DNA of 63,773 bases, the filler included, from Collodictyon triciliatum (lineage: Eukaryota): NCBI GenBank assembly GCA_043381765.1. It is 16 parts of 16 records of this genome, joined end to end, with 100 filler letters (N's around TTAATTAATTAA, not from the genome) between each part and the next. Parts side by side here need not be neighbours in the genome. Positions count along the whole stretch, not along the records: positions 38,771 to 42,975 come from JBHJMP010006386.1; positions 43,076 to 47,278 come from JBHJMP010006387.1; positions 47,379 to 51,581 come from JBHJMP010006388.1; positions 51,682 to 55,884 come from JBHJMP010006389.1; 12 more parts are not named here. One strand, given 5' to 3'. Numbering within the stretch: position 1 is the stretch's first letter; each line of letters starts with the position of its first letter. The position numbers and the translations under genes were made by a program. The notes under the pieces were generated by a model. That model worked only from the letters and a program-made list of their open reading frames with translations. It searched no databases and was not told where the DNA came from. Below, in pieces: positions 38,771 to 54,800 of this stretch.

Positions 38771-40282
38771 TCAGGCGAAATAAAAATGGCGACGGCGCTC
38801 CTTATGAGATTGGGCGTCGTGAGCGCCATTCTCCTTTGTTGTTCAGGACGGCTGTGGTTGGGGTTGCATTCGAGGAGTGAAATATCGTTGCATTTTTCGA
38901 CGGTGCGAAGCTCCCATCCTTTTGGAGAGCAACTTGTTGCAGAATGAAGGAGCTGTTTCCTTCTCTCGACTTGATGATACAGAAGCCTTTTGCTCTATCT
39001 CAGCAAAGTTGGCCTGTAAAAGCATGTAGTTGGGTAGACTCGCACATTTCACAGTTTTCATACAGAACCTTCCACCGCGCTAGTAGCGGCTCGGGCGTGT
39101 TTGGCGGTGGTGATTGGATTCTGCTGTCACAGAGCTGTGCCTTGAAGTTCGGGCATAAGCGGTGGATAAGATGCCACATTCCACGCTGCCTAAACCCTTT
39201 CGGATGGGTAAGCATGTCTGTCCACCATCTCATCGTGAGGGAAGTCCATGCAATACCAGGCGTTATGAGTCCCAGTCCTCCTTCTGTAGGTGGCTTAGAG
39301 AGCGTCTTGATTTTATATTTTTGATTATTCGTAGTGATGAAGTTGCGGCAGATGTATTCCAGCTCCTTCAGCCTCTGGAGATTCAGCAAAGTGCCTTTCA
39401 TGTTGTAGATAAGGGTCGACAGCATCACTTGGTTCCACAACCTTACTTTCCCCACGTCCGAGAGATGGAAGTTGCTACACACTGATATTTTCGACTTGAT
39501 GTCCTCAACCAGACTTGTCCATTTGCTCTCCGATTGTGGACCGAATATGATGCCAAGATACTTGAGTGGATGTGACGGTGACTTCCACAGAATGTTCCCT
39601 GGAAACATAAGTCCATCCTAAAAACCATAAGGAGCTATGGATAGGCACACGCGCGGCAAAAGCTGGCAAAGTCTCCCAACAATGCACACTTTGCAGCAAC
39701 CGTGATGAATCCATTGAGCACACATTTGTGCAATGTCCCTTCGCTCAAAACCTGCGCGAAACAGCCGGTGAGACTCTTCAGCTGACACTCAAGACGGCTG
39801 CGGCTGCTGGCTCAATCCAGGCGATGTTTGGGCCTCTTCAACAGCTGCGTCCAGATGCAAAAACATTCTGGGCAGTGACGCGAGGCCATTTGCTATGGAC
39901 TATGTGGATAGCGCGCATATACTCATGCAAAGTAAGGGTCAACAACCAGCCACCCATTCATGATAATAGGCTGAATGACATCATACAAATCTCTTTCCTC
40001 AATAGCTTCCTTTGCTACCTGCAAGTTCTCTACTACTCAGACCCTGTGAGAAGAGACATGTGGAAAGAGGCTGAGAAAGATGTTAAACCTCGCTTTGTAT
40101 CTCTCATGCAAGCACAAGACCCAGGTTACAGGCCAAACCGCAGGATGCAATTCCTGATTACCGACTACTTCTCCGCCACCCAGCCACCAAGTAGCGTCCA
40201 TGCAAACGATGGCTAGCGAACCAAAGCCAGAATCCCTCACCATCCTGCACAAAATTGAAAGGAAGAAAAAGAAAGAAAAAAA
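38771..40282 (+). mobile_element. L1/Tx1-clade non-LTR retrotransposon, 3' portion with an inverted 5' segment
   Basis: Minus strand from ~39620 downward: LKYLGIIFG, GKVRLWN..LSTLIY, KPPTEGGLGL (RT C-terminus). Plus strand ~39620-40216: CTLC..DESIEHTFVQCPFA (zf-RVT), LWTMWIAR, then a short 3'UTR and A-rich tail. Confidence 0.85.
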
Positions 40283-40469
40283 TGAACCCCGAATAAGTCA
40301 TACGCCACATCGCGCATATTACACAGTCCCACCCCCAAAAAGGAGAAGCAAGATACCCATCCACGCAGAATACCGAGCAGCGAGTACCAAAACAATGACA
40401 GCAGCGACGACCACCAAGCAAACAAAGACACAGAGCACTGCGACACAGAAGGAGCCAGGTAGGAGACTC

Positions 40470-41430
40470 GGGTCGAGCTGAAGCAACTGCTCCATCTCGG
40501 AATCCCCACAGTATTGACAAATCTGCTACTGACTCTACTGCATACTATGGACCAGATGATGGTGGGCACCAAGGCAAGAATGAGCTGGCAGCAGCGCTGG
40601 GCAACACATGGTTCAAACTGTCGTGGTTCTTTTGCATCGGTGTGAGCACCTATCTCGACATGCTGGGGACATGATGCAGGCATTGCGCGGCTGACGGGCG
40701 ATTTCTGCCTCTGGGTGATTCCCAGGGTGTCGTTTCTTGTTGTGACCACGGTCCTGCAGGAGCACCAGCAGGCGCAAGGCTGTATGGCTCCGTGTCTGGC
40801 ATGGGCCTTGCTGCCAACCTGTTCAACATCCTAGCAAACTATGCGCTCATCTGCGCTGCGGAACTCGGTCTCACAGGCACAGCCATGGCCACGTTTCTGA
40901 TGCGCACGATGCTCAGAACGGGCTTTGCCTGGTGGGTGTGACAGACGGACGTATGCGGCGAGGCAGCAGCCGGAATCATGGCTGCGCTGGAGGTCTCGAG
41001 CTTCCAAGGAGTCGCGGTTCTGGCCGAGGCGGCGGGTGTCATTGTTGCACTGGATGCTCGCGTCATCCTCCTGACCGTCTACATCCTGCTCTACGTGGCG
41101 CTGGCCATCTGCGTGGCTGTCCTTGTCGGACTTGTGCTTCTGTCCTTCGTTGCGACCCAATCCATCTTGCGCGTGCCTATGTGCCTGCAGCCTTCACCAG
41201 CGACAAACGGCCGCCCTCATCCCAGTCGGCACCCTCTTCCACATAGCAGACAGGCTGGAAGGTATCGCGGTCTGGGCCGTCATCATCTGGTTGCTGTCTG
41301 GTATCTTCTCGGCTACTCGGTCGTCACCATGCCTCTGGCGGCACTCCTGACCTTACACCTCCCTTTTCTGCCCGACCTCTGCATCGACCTCGTCGGTATC
41401 TGGTGGGCGCTCTTTACCGTCGCATTAGCC
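40470..41430 (+). pseudogene. MATE efflux transporter pseudogene fragment, no visible introns, frameshifted with internal deletions
   Basis: ELKQLLHLGIPTVLTN..DQMMVG, AAALGNTWF..IGVSTYLD, LQEHQQAQG, ANLFNILANYALI..LGLTGTAMAT, LEVSSFQ, VVTMPLA..LVGIWWAL in different frames. Confidence 0.75.
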
Positions 41431-41908
41431 CCACACGGACAGGCACGCTTGTGCCCACGGCGCTCCTACTTATCTCCTTCAGGACGTCTGCAGCAGTGCA
41501 CAGCTATCCGTCCCCATCAATGATTCTTTGGTAGGCCTAAAGTCGCAAAAATGGTGAGGTCTTCTATTCTCTTGTTCCTCCTCCTGCTCTGTTACCGATA
41601 CCAATACAAATATATGTTCCGGTCTGTGCTCTCTGGGGTCGATTATGGCTGAAAGGAGACAAAGTGCTCTGTGGGTGTAGGATTAAGTGGATGTGATTAT
41701 TTCTTAACAAATTAAGGTCTGGTATTCACCCCCAGCTCTGTATGGCTCGGGTAGTGAAGGAAATAAATATAAATATAAAATGATATAGATATATACTTAA
41801 TACTGGCTTTGGTACCTGTGCTTCGCCTCGGAATGGATGAAAAGAAAAAAGAAAACATAGAAACGGATGAACGAGCCATACAATTAATACTGGGCAGTAT
41901 ATTCATAA

Positions 41909-42395
41909 TTATGTTGCTCTCTGTGACTTGATGGCTAGAACATGAAGCCTACTAACCCTTTCATCAGGCCTTTCTTGTTCTCTTCGGTTCATTGCGCGGA
42001 TTGCTTGGTCATGAAGCCATTCTTCTATTTGGTGCATTGTCTCCCTTTGCTTTCTTTGCCTGTCGTAAACCTGCATATTTGCTAGTCCGGTTTCCCTCTT
42101 TTTCAAGCGACTCATTATGCTTCTCATTTTGCAGCCGCTTTTTTTCTTGTTTCCTTCTCAAATTATGGGAATTTACTTGGTCGTCGCTCATGCAGATAGG
42201 ATGATGAAATAACCTTTCTGCTTATCTTATTGCTCAGTCAAATCGAACTAATTAGTTTTATATATATGCCATTCGATATTCAAACTTCTTAACACAATAT
42301 CAGCATGAAAAGCCGTCAATTATATATCTCAATCTTTTCAAATGGCATCAAACTTACACTGTTTTTTACGGAGCTGGTTTAACCCACTTCATTAA
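41909..42395 (-). mobile_element. Degenerate Helitron 5' remnant related to the element in contig 1
   Basis: LANMQVYDRQRKQRETMHQIEEWLHDQAI..REQERPDERVSRLH aligns to RepHel LAKMRVYNRQRKQMETLQQKGERLRNQVI..; upstream DNA aligns by eye to ~425-690. Confidence 0.8.
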
Positions 42396-42494
42396 GGTGA
42401 ATATACATGCATCGACTATTATTTCTAGGGGCAAAGAAGGGTATAAACTTGTCGCGCCTAATTAATAGTAATATGGATGGGCTCTATATGGGTA

Positions 42495-42790
42495 AGTAGG
42501 ACGGCCTTGGAAGGACGCTGAGAACTCCGGCAGCCACCACGGAGCGATGATGCGCAGCATCGGGTACGGCACTTATATGGCGAGCCTGAAGTGCACCAGG
42601 CGCCACACAAGCACCAGCCGCGCCAGCGAAATCTCCAACAAGTACCAGCGCTCGCATATGCATTCTGCCTGGATGACCCGGAAGATGTTGTCCTTGATAA
42701 ACTTTTTCTACAGGTCCTCCTTAAACACCTGCCGCGCTCCGACCTTGAGAGCCTTGTCGTGTACTGCAATTCGAAAGTCATTATTTTCAG
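42495..42790 (-). pseudogene. ASS1: Argininosuccinate synthase fragment with in-frame stops and an internal deletion
   Basis: DKALKVGARQVFKEDL*KKFIKDNIF..IQAECI..YLLEISLAR [HGATGKGND segment absent] VHFRLAI*..RIIAPWWLPEF..FQGR. Confidence 0.8.
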
Positions 42791-44920
42791 AGTGGGTTTT
42801 TGGTCATGTGTCTTGAGCCTTTCTTCTTTTCTTTTTTTCTTTTTCTTTTTTCTTTTTTTCTTTTTTCTTTTTTTCTTTTTTTCTTTTTTTACTTTTTTTA
42901 CTTTTTTTACTTTTTTTACTTTTTTTACTTTTTTTACTTTTTTTACTTTTTTTACTTTTTTTACTTTTTTTACTTNNNNNNNNNNNNNNNNNNNNNNNNN
43001 NNNNNNNNNNNNNNNNNNNTTAATTAATTAANNNNNNNNNNNNNNNNNNNNNNNNNNNNNNNNNNNNNNNNNNNNATAAAAGATATAAAAGATATAAAAG
43101 ATATAAAAGATATAAAAGATATAAAAGATATAAAAGATATAAAAGATATAAAAGATATAAAAGATATAAAAGATATAAAAGATGTAAAAGATATAAAAGA
43201 TATAAAAGATGTAAAAGATATTGAAGACAGAGGATGTATTGTTAGATACTCCATTCCATTTTTACTCTAGCCTACAGAAATTTAGGTTTACAATATTATA
43301 TTTTCCATATTTGGTTTATTCCATAACCCAACAAATCACCTTTTGATGGTCGAATCGGGCGCATCGAAGAAAAAGACAATCCATAATTGGTTAAAAGTAT
43401 GGGTAAATGTTTTTCGGCACTTTTTTTTCCAAGTCTGTCGCCCATAAATAGATATTCTCTTAAGATATTCAAACGGGCATTCATAATTCCATTGCCCAAA
43501 GGGGATGCCATATAGGCCAGGGGAGCAAAGCGCCTGAAGTTATAGCGCCCTTAATCGGCCCAATCAAATGTCTCAGTACCTCAAGAACCAAAAGATGCCT
43601 CAGCACTCTCAATCCAACAGCGGAAAAAAACATTATTAATCCAACCAAATCAACCACAAATTTGCTAAGTGTGTCAGTCGAATGTCCTTTGATTCTCCAA
43701 CCACTTTCCTTCACTAATAGTAAATATTTTTTTCTTCAGTTTGCGATGCTATTATCCTGGTGGAAATCCTGAATTATATGTGTACATATACCATTCATTC
43801 GCATCTCATCACATCCTTCGATCAGTTGATTGTGCTATTGACAGAAACCTGTTAGTGATCTTCTGTGCTCATGTTCTAAGTAATCGTGGTAGTCAAGCCT
43901 AAACTGCAAATTTGGAAGAAACTTGAACTAGAATCATTTCACCTACATGGGATACAAACAGATAATTCGATCGCGAATGAGAGCAGAGTAGCAAATCCTT
44001 TGGAAGCCCTCACTTCACCTCTATCCTCATAACACAAATTGCTTCACCTCCTCCCACCAGATAAGAAGCACATTCGTTTCTCGACTCCCCCTTTCAATAC
44101 CTCATTACTTTGTTTTTGGATTTGTTCGCCTCCTAACAGAAGAAACAGTAATGAGTCGGGCGAACACTTTTGCACAACGATTTGCGCCATTTTGCTCCCT
44201 AGCAGTTGATCGCCTGTGCATCAGGCAATTGCACGCTGGTGACCCGAGAAAAAAAAAAAAGGACAACCAAAGCACAACCTCTTAACGTAGACACCGTTCT
44301 GAATCAATGACCCCTGCCTCCCTCTCCCATTATCCCACACATCAACCCACCACATATTTTTTTTATTCTATAGAATAACAAAAGAAATTAAAAGTCAAAA
44401 AGGAAAAAAGAAAACAAAAAGAAAACAAAAAGAAAACAAAAAGAAAACAAAAAGAAAACAAAAAGAAAACAAAAAGAAAAAAAAGAAAAAAAAAGAAAAA
44501 AAAAAAAAAAAAAAAAAAAAAAGAAAAAAAAAGGAAACAAAAAGAAGTCATAAAAGAAAACAAAAAGAAAACAAATAGAAAAAAACTTTAGTGATACGTA
44601 TTGATAGTCTAATTAGGAAATGGATATTTAACCAACCATACCCGTTAACGAGATGATACCGCAGATTCTCCCGATTGCATTTCCCAGACTCTCCCAACCC
44701 ACTAACCAATGCATGCATAGGCACACACAATACATCACCCCGTACCCTGTCGGTTACAACAAGCAAAAAGCAAGAGACACAGATAAGGAAGAAAAAAAAA
44801 AAGAAAAGGCGAAAAAACACAACAACAACAAAACAATCAAGCAAGTTGGACCACGACCAAAAGACGAATCCAGCGCAAAAGCGAGAGAAGCCGATCTGCA
44901 CGAGAACGACAACCCCAGCC

Positions 44921-47278
<2,358 letters not shown>

Positions 47279-47444
47279 NNNNNNNNNNNNNNNNNNNNNN
47301 NNNNNNNNNNNNNNNNNNNNNNTTAATTAATTAANNNNNNNNNNNNNNNNNNNNNNNNNNNNNNNNNNNNNNNNNNNNATAAATAATAATATATATTGGT
47401 GGCTTTTTTATTTTATTTATTCATCGATATTAAGTAAATATTAC

Positions 47445-50400
47445 TTCGTTTGAATGGAGGTATAGTTTCTTTAGCCCAACTAAATGCTTAAGCCAATCAG
47501 GAATCTGAGAGAGCTTCATATCGCCCATCCACAGCGAGGTTGCGTGTTGGATTCCATGATTATAAGGGATGTACCGCACATTCATATATTGAATATCTTC
47601 CAATTCTTGAAGGGTACTGGAGCTTAATGGATGTTTAGGAGACTCAATCTCATTTGGATGCAGGTGGTCGTTTATGAATTGGGATGCAAACGATAGTTCT
47701 TGCTCAGAAAGCGAATGGGTCGCATGATAATCGGGCTGGTCAAGCTTGGATATTGTGCTTCCATCAAGCTTCAAGGCTTTCACTTTCCCAAGCAGTCTTT
47801 CCGACAGTTCGTCTTTCTTTTTCTGCAGATGAGTCACCAATTGGCTGTAAAATAATTCTTCAACTTTTTTCTTTGGAGCTTGGGAATTTCTACCAGTGTC
47901 TTCCTCTTTCGACAGTTCTACAAATGCAGAAATGTCATCTGGCGATATGTGATACATATCAACCATCGTGCTTTCATCCAGTTTGTCTTGAATTTCTTGG
48001 AATCTTCCCCAGCTTTGATTTGAAATTGTATCGCTTAGTTTTAAAAAGCCATGCTCTCGAAGCCACTCCACAAATTCACCCTGGTACATATCAGCCAAAG
48101 GAGCATATTTAATTGGAAGCAAATTGTTCATCGTCTTTTGAGGAAGCCTCCGTTCACCCGATTTCAATTCATCCAGGTATACACAAACTTGATTCAAAGA
48201 AGGTCGGAGCTTGTAGTTTTGCCTCCAACTTGTTTTGATGAGATGGTTAAGTTCCCGAGTGGCTTCTTTCGGTATTTCAAGCCGTAATCCCCTGATAATG
48301 AAACTTTGTGTTTGTGCTTCATTCTGGAACGGCTCGATACCAGAGAACATGTACCAAACGAGCATTCCCAAAGCATATACATTACTTGGTTCTCCTCGAT
48401 GCCCCTGATTTACTTCATCATCACCATACATTTCTGGATTATCATTATAAAACGGTTCGCAGGAAATTTCATGGATTTCCGGTGCTTGCCAATTAACAGT
48501 TCCACCTTGCTTGTTCTCACCAAATCTCGTCGGTAAGTTTGACCCGACTTTATCAACTTCACGACGGCTCACTATCCCAAAATCTACAATTTTTACTGTT
48601 GTTTCACCCACAATCATAACATTATCAGCCTTCAAATCTTCGTGATATAGATTTTTGGAATGCATGAAAATGAGACCCTTGCAAAGTTGCTTTGTGTAAG
48701 AAATTATTTGGAGTAATGTTGGCTTAATCTTTTTCTTCTCCAACATCGCTTTCAACGAAATACCTGCATTTTCCATAATCATGTAAAAGTCATCGTCCTT
48801 ACGATAAACACCAAATAATTTTACTATATTTTCACATTCTTTGCATTCATGCAGAAACTTGCTTTCAGAAATGAGCGATTGAATCACCTGGCTGATGGTC
48901 TGTTTTCCCATTTCTTTGATTGTTTGAATTTTGACCACAGCGTCTTTTCCTTCGAACGTTGTTGTATAAACTCGTCCATACGCCCCCTTTGCGAGATAAC
49001 CTGACAGTTCTATTTTTTCATGAATCCATTGTTTTATCAATTCTCGATCGATTGAATCCCGCTCAAGAGTTGCTTCAGCAGATTGCAGTGTCTTTTTCTC
49101 TCTCATCACAGAGGTGAATCTCTTCGAGATTCCTTTATTTTTCAAGAAAAAATGATTTACTAGTTTTCGATAATATTTAATCAAATTATCATTAAGTTGA
49201 AAATTAACATTTTTTTGAATGTATTTATTATAATAAACCTTGCTCCAGATAGACGCGCCCTTGCTTTACTGCACTCGCTTCCAGTTTATGGCTCTTGTTA
49301 CATACTTTCAATTCTGAGTCACCTATCTTTGCCGAAGTTTGAATATAACCGTCTAATCCACGACGTTGGCATTCAGGGCATTCAAATTGATATGCTTCCA
49401 CAAAATTTGGTCGAATCGATGATATTTGTTTGATGAAGGTTGAAAGGATATCAAAAATCCTGACGAATCTATCACCTTCATGAACGTTATTTTCGTATTT
49501 TCTAATCTTGACTGAAATGCTCTTCTGGTGGATTTGATACAAAATAATCAAACCGTCTCCAGGAAGCAGTTGAATTTCATCCGTTCCTGTTTTGTAGTAA
49601 GCATTCAGATGTATGAACGCAACATCTCTGAAAAATTGGTCGTCATACTGAACTCCAGCTTGTGCCCCTTTTGTCAAACGAAGCGCTTGTATGACGACGT
49701 TGCTTTTGTCAGAGAGTTGGACTCCACCATTGGTCATTATTTTTACAGAGGTTTCAACGATGCAGTGGGACTCTGGTTTATCATTCCACAACGCCTTGAT
49801 ATTTTGGCAATCTTCCATCAATGAGGGAAAGGCGATGCATTCTCTGTTGAATTGAATCCCAAGGCCGAAATGGTCAAAGATTCGAAGAATTGTATTGAGC
49901 ACATTTTCGTCTAGTTCCGCATTCAGTTCTTGTTTGATTTGGTCTTTTAGCTTGCCCAACAAAATGATGCCAGTTGTGTCCTTCCCGATGCCTTTGAAGC
50001 TGAAGACACAGCGGAATATGTTGATGAGAAATAGTGGGTCTAAAAATATAATGTCTTTGATATATTCAAGTGATGAATACCAAACGACCGAGCCAAGATC
50101 GTGGAGGAATTTGAGAGCACTTTCGCACCCATTTCTGTCCATACCCAGCTGCTTCTTGGCAAAATCGTAAGTGTCTTGAATTCGTTCGTACTTTGATATT
50201 TGACCTTTTGAATTCAGATAGTCTTTCAGCCCGATGTATGTTTTAGGAACGTCCTTGTTCATGTTATCAAGCCTCATCATTCCTTTGTATATCTCTTCCT
50301 TCAAACTCGATATCTTTGTTCCACTCTTGTTGCTTATTTTTAACTCTGTATTGATGAAGATGTGGCGAGCCTTTTCATCCAATTTCTGCTCGTTTTCTTT

Positions 50401-51581
50401 TATTAATCGTTCGATTTCTCTCTGCATCTCCTGACTAAAAGTCTGATTTTCGCAATCTTGATGAGTCCCAGCGATTACAATTTTCGAGCCAGGTGCGAAG
50501 TCATCAAGCATTTTGACCCAGCGGCTGAGATTATTCTTCTCCTTGCCCTGGTCGAGTCTGTAAAGGATTAAAACGAGGGCGCCTGATGACAAAAAGAATG
50601 GGTGTGTTACTTGGAACTCGTCTTGTCCCCCAAAGTCCCAGATTCGTACGGAAATCTTTGTCTTGAAAAATCCACCCATCATCGGCTCATCGATATCAAC
50701 ATGAGCGATACCATCAGTTGCAATCCTTGGCTGGTCTGTCATGTTCTTGAAAAACATAGATTTTTGTGTGATTGATTTCGTGAGGGTTGTTTTTCCAGCC
50801 CCTCCCTCACCCAAAAGCAGGAGTCTTCCTTGGGTCCATTTTACAACACCATTCACGGAGTTTGATAAGAAATCGAAGACTGCTTCAGACCCATTTCTGG
50901 TGACGTTTTCTGGTATATTTTTAATTTGATTTCCTTGGATATTCAGTCCACCTCGAAGGCCTTTAAGCTTGGCGATGAATGGAGGTATAACTCCGATCTG
51001 TTTGTGTAATTAATGTTTTCTTTACTTTTTTTTATTTTTGAGTAATTCGGCCATATAACTTAATTGAAAAATCCAATGGAGGATGTAAATAGAAAAGTGG
51101 TTGACCTTGTTGTTGGATATGTCCAGTTTTTGAAGATTTACAAGGTTTGCTATGTCTTCTGGGATGTGTGAAATCTGGATTTGTACGATAGGTGAGTTTA
51201 AGTGAGTATTTGATTACAATAGTTTGCATAATCTTTCATTCTTTAGTTTTTTTTTTTGTTGCAAATGAATGTTGTGTAATTTTATAACCTGATTTCCAGA
51301 AATATTGAGGGTCACGATAAGTGTTATTGCACAGATGACTGTGGGGAATGCGTCGAACTGAAATCCCCGCGCATTTTTCAGTTAATTAATTAAGTAGAAT
51401 GTATGCTAGGCTGTTTGAATTATGTGTTTAAATATATTCAATATCTATATATATGTGTGTGTACCTTGTTGTTGCTGATGCTGAGATTTGTGAGATTCGT
51501 CAAGTTCGACATGTTTGCAGGCAGGATGGAGAGACCCATTCCGTAAAAGTTAAGTGATTGGAAGCCGACTTGTCTCGCATT
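47445..51581 (-). CDS. Roco-family protein: LRR - Roc GTPase - COR - protein kinase - two SAM-like regions - LRR; both ends truncated
   Basis: LRR exons at 51465-51581 and ~51289-51357. Roc: LLLLGEGGAGKTT, ATDGI, IWDFGGQDEFQVTHPFFLS, IAGTHQD. COR: LKFLHDLGSVVWY, IFLDPLFL. A phase-1 intron 49133-49238 joins the kinase (KGAYGRVY, VVK, HEDLKADN, DFG, GTVNWQAPE). Confidence 0.88.
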
Positions 51582-51897
51582 NNNNNNNNNNNNNNNNNNN
51601 NNNNNNNNNNNNNNNNNNNNNNNNNTTAATTAATTAANNNNNNNNNNNNNNNNNNNNNNNNNNNNNNNNNNNNNNNNNNNNAGAAAAAGAAGAGAAAAAG
51701 AAGAGAAAAAGAAGAGAAAAAGAAGAGAAAAAGAAGAGAAAAAGAAGAGAAAAAGAAGAGAAAAAGAAGAGAAAAAGAAGACAAAAAGAAGACAAAAAGA
51801 AGAAAAAGAAGAAAAAGAAGAAAAAGAAGAAAAAGAAGAAAAAGAAGAAAAAGAAAATAGAATCATATAGGGCATGATATCGATGAATGGTTCTTAC

Positions 51898-54800
51898 CCC
51901 AGGGATAAGCCGCTTCTTCTTGACCTTTTCGGGCATGCGTTCCAGCAAAGCCTTCAGTTCCTCTTTAGAGCCATGCGCCTTCTCAAACTCTCTCCAACTC
52001 TCCATTATCATCACTCGCTTTGGTAATACATCGCGCAGATATCGTTCGCAAGTGTAATATAATACCACATATAATGCAGAGTTTAAAACATCCATTAATG
52101 ACCATATAATATTTATTATTATCATGCGTTTTGAATAGATTAAAAAAAAAAGAGAGGCAAAACAACATCAAACCTCCTCTTTCTGCTGCCCTTCTTTCAT
52201 GCAGAGTTGCGCCCGGTCAAAAACAGCCCGAGCCTTCGGCAAGTCGCGGATAGATGCTTCAAATTGTGCGAAGCTGAGCCAAACCTAATTGTTATCGTTG
52301 TGCTTCTTCGATGAGCGTTTCATAAATAATGCTCCTTGATGAGAAGATGATATCAATGGGATATTCGCCTTCGAGTCTGCAGGCGACACTAAAAGGGAGA
52401 AAATGTATTCAAATAAATACTATGGGATAGGTTTTACCTTAACATTTTTTGTCCTCTCCAAGAGCCTTTCGTACAGATTGCGGGTGTTCTCATACTCACT
52501 CAAACTTATTTCAAAATCTGTTACAAGAGACAATTCAAAAAAAGGCCAATCAAAACTGAGACGCGTAGATATGCGAAACTTGTGAACAAATGGTGCCCAC
52601 CGATGTACGACTTCCAGAGAATTTCTGGCATGTCAAGTGCAGGCTGCTCGATTGCAAGCTCGTATATAGCACGGCATCTCTCGTATTCTTGAAGTGACTG
52701 TTGGGTGTCATTAAAGTGAAGAAAAACAATGGCACGACGTTAGTGATGAGATGGAGACTCATTTTTTTCAAGACTCTGCAGTGTCCAATCGCAAATATTA
52801 CCTTCTCTAAATCAGCAAACTTGACCCATGCATGACAGTTATATGGCATGAAGCCGAGATACTTTTGATATAAAATACGGCAGCTGTCGATGTTGCTTAG
52901 CTGGTAAATGGGTTCAAGGTATTATATAAATAATAGTAATAGTAATAGTAATAGTAATAGTAATAGTAATAGTAATAATAATAAGAATAATAATAAGAAT
53001 AATAATAAGAATAATAATAAGAATAATAATAAGAATAATAATAAGAATAATAATAAGAATAATAATAAGAATAATAATAATAATAAGAATACTAATAAGA
53101 ATACTTTTCTAGTTCATCGCAATCATCCAATATATAATTTCATAGTGCAAACCTGAGTCTCCAAATCGATGTAATGTTTAAACAACTTTTCCTTTGGAGA
53201 TACTCCTAAAATGAATATGTATATGAATATGAAATATAATCATTCATGCATAGTCCCCAGCTTCAAAGTACTAGACACCAGAAGGTTGTGGATAGTCTGG
53301 ACTCCAAGATGTAAACCATTACCAATTCCGTGTCCAAGAATCTTGCGTGCGCCAGCCATATTCTTTTGTCTGATTTCGAGGTTTGACGCCAAAATCCATA
53401 TCTTGGCAAAGGTGAACTTTTTGTGGGGAATCAACTTAATAGCAGCTTGGAAGACCTGACGCGCTCTTTCAATATCCTGGGTATTGCGACATTAATGATT
53501 TGGGGTTAGTGTGGTAATAAGTTGAAAGAAAAATACGTGAAAATTTAGACTTTAATTTTTTTTGGATTAGTTGCAGAGAACTAAGCTGGAAAACAGTACT
53601 AGAAAGCAAATAAAGCTCAAAGGATTATTGAACGGAACATGAAGCATGTATTTTTTTTTTTTATTGTTGGTCAGCATGAAGAAAAAAAAAGAATTTTACC
53701 TTCGCCTCTAATTCCTCATAGCATGCATACATAATCCATATGTAGATATAACGTCTCCAGAAACGTTTTTCTGTGGTTGGAGGGGCTTGAGCAATAGCTC
53801 TTTCATAGATTTCTCGAATTCTGTCTTGGTTTTGCTCGGCTTCTTCGAGATTGATGTAGTCAAACCAGATATCATAATTATTCAGGTCGGCTTTCAATTG
53901 CTACACGCAGAGATGAGACGCATAAAATTTATATGTAATATAGTAAAATATAAGGAACCAATAACAATCCCATTCAGAAGGAAATCAGAAAAGAGAAATG
54001 ATATATGGAAGTATTTCACAGACATGTGCGTACGAAATACATATGAATAAAATCAGAGGGAAAAAAAAACCTCTTCGTACTGGAATCGCCTCTTAGAGAC
54101 AATCACATCTTCGATTCCTGCACGGTCTCCACGTTGCTTCTCAAAAGAAATGAAACTCTTGTAGAGCTCCTGTGCTTCGTTCTTTGGTACGCTATCCAGG
54201 GCAACCTTGTAAATGGCCCGAGCTCTTTCATACTATTGGAGGGTGCAAACGAAAGTTACAACAATTTTCTCTCACTCCCTCCTTTTTTTTTTCTAGTGCT
54301 ATTCGAAGGCAGTAATATTGAATTAAAGAAAATCGTGTAAAAAGACATTAAAATAATAACTATTCATGGGTGAAATTATACCTCGTTACAGCGCTCTTCA
54401 AATTTGGCAAAGGCGACATAAAAGTCCTCATTTTTCGACAGCTCTCCAAGCTCTTCGCTGCATCGCTCGTATACGAATCGACAACGCGCAACTTCGTTTT
54501 GCTTCTCTTCAAACTTTGCAAATTTGAGATAGGATTGTATGCTGGGCTTCGCGACAACGTCTGTGGGAGTGATGAATACAGTTGGATCAATAAATGCGCT
54601 TAAAATAAAGATCAAATAGGAGAAAGTAATAGAGAAATGGAGCGGTATGGTATTGAACAGATGTATGATATGGAAATAAAAAAAACTAGAGGATGAACGA
54701 AGCATTACATCTCTCGAAAATAGATCTCGCTCTTTCCACTTCTCCATATCGTAACTCCATTTTGGCATAAGACATCCATGCCTGTTCATCTGGCTCCCAT

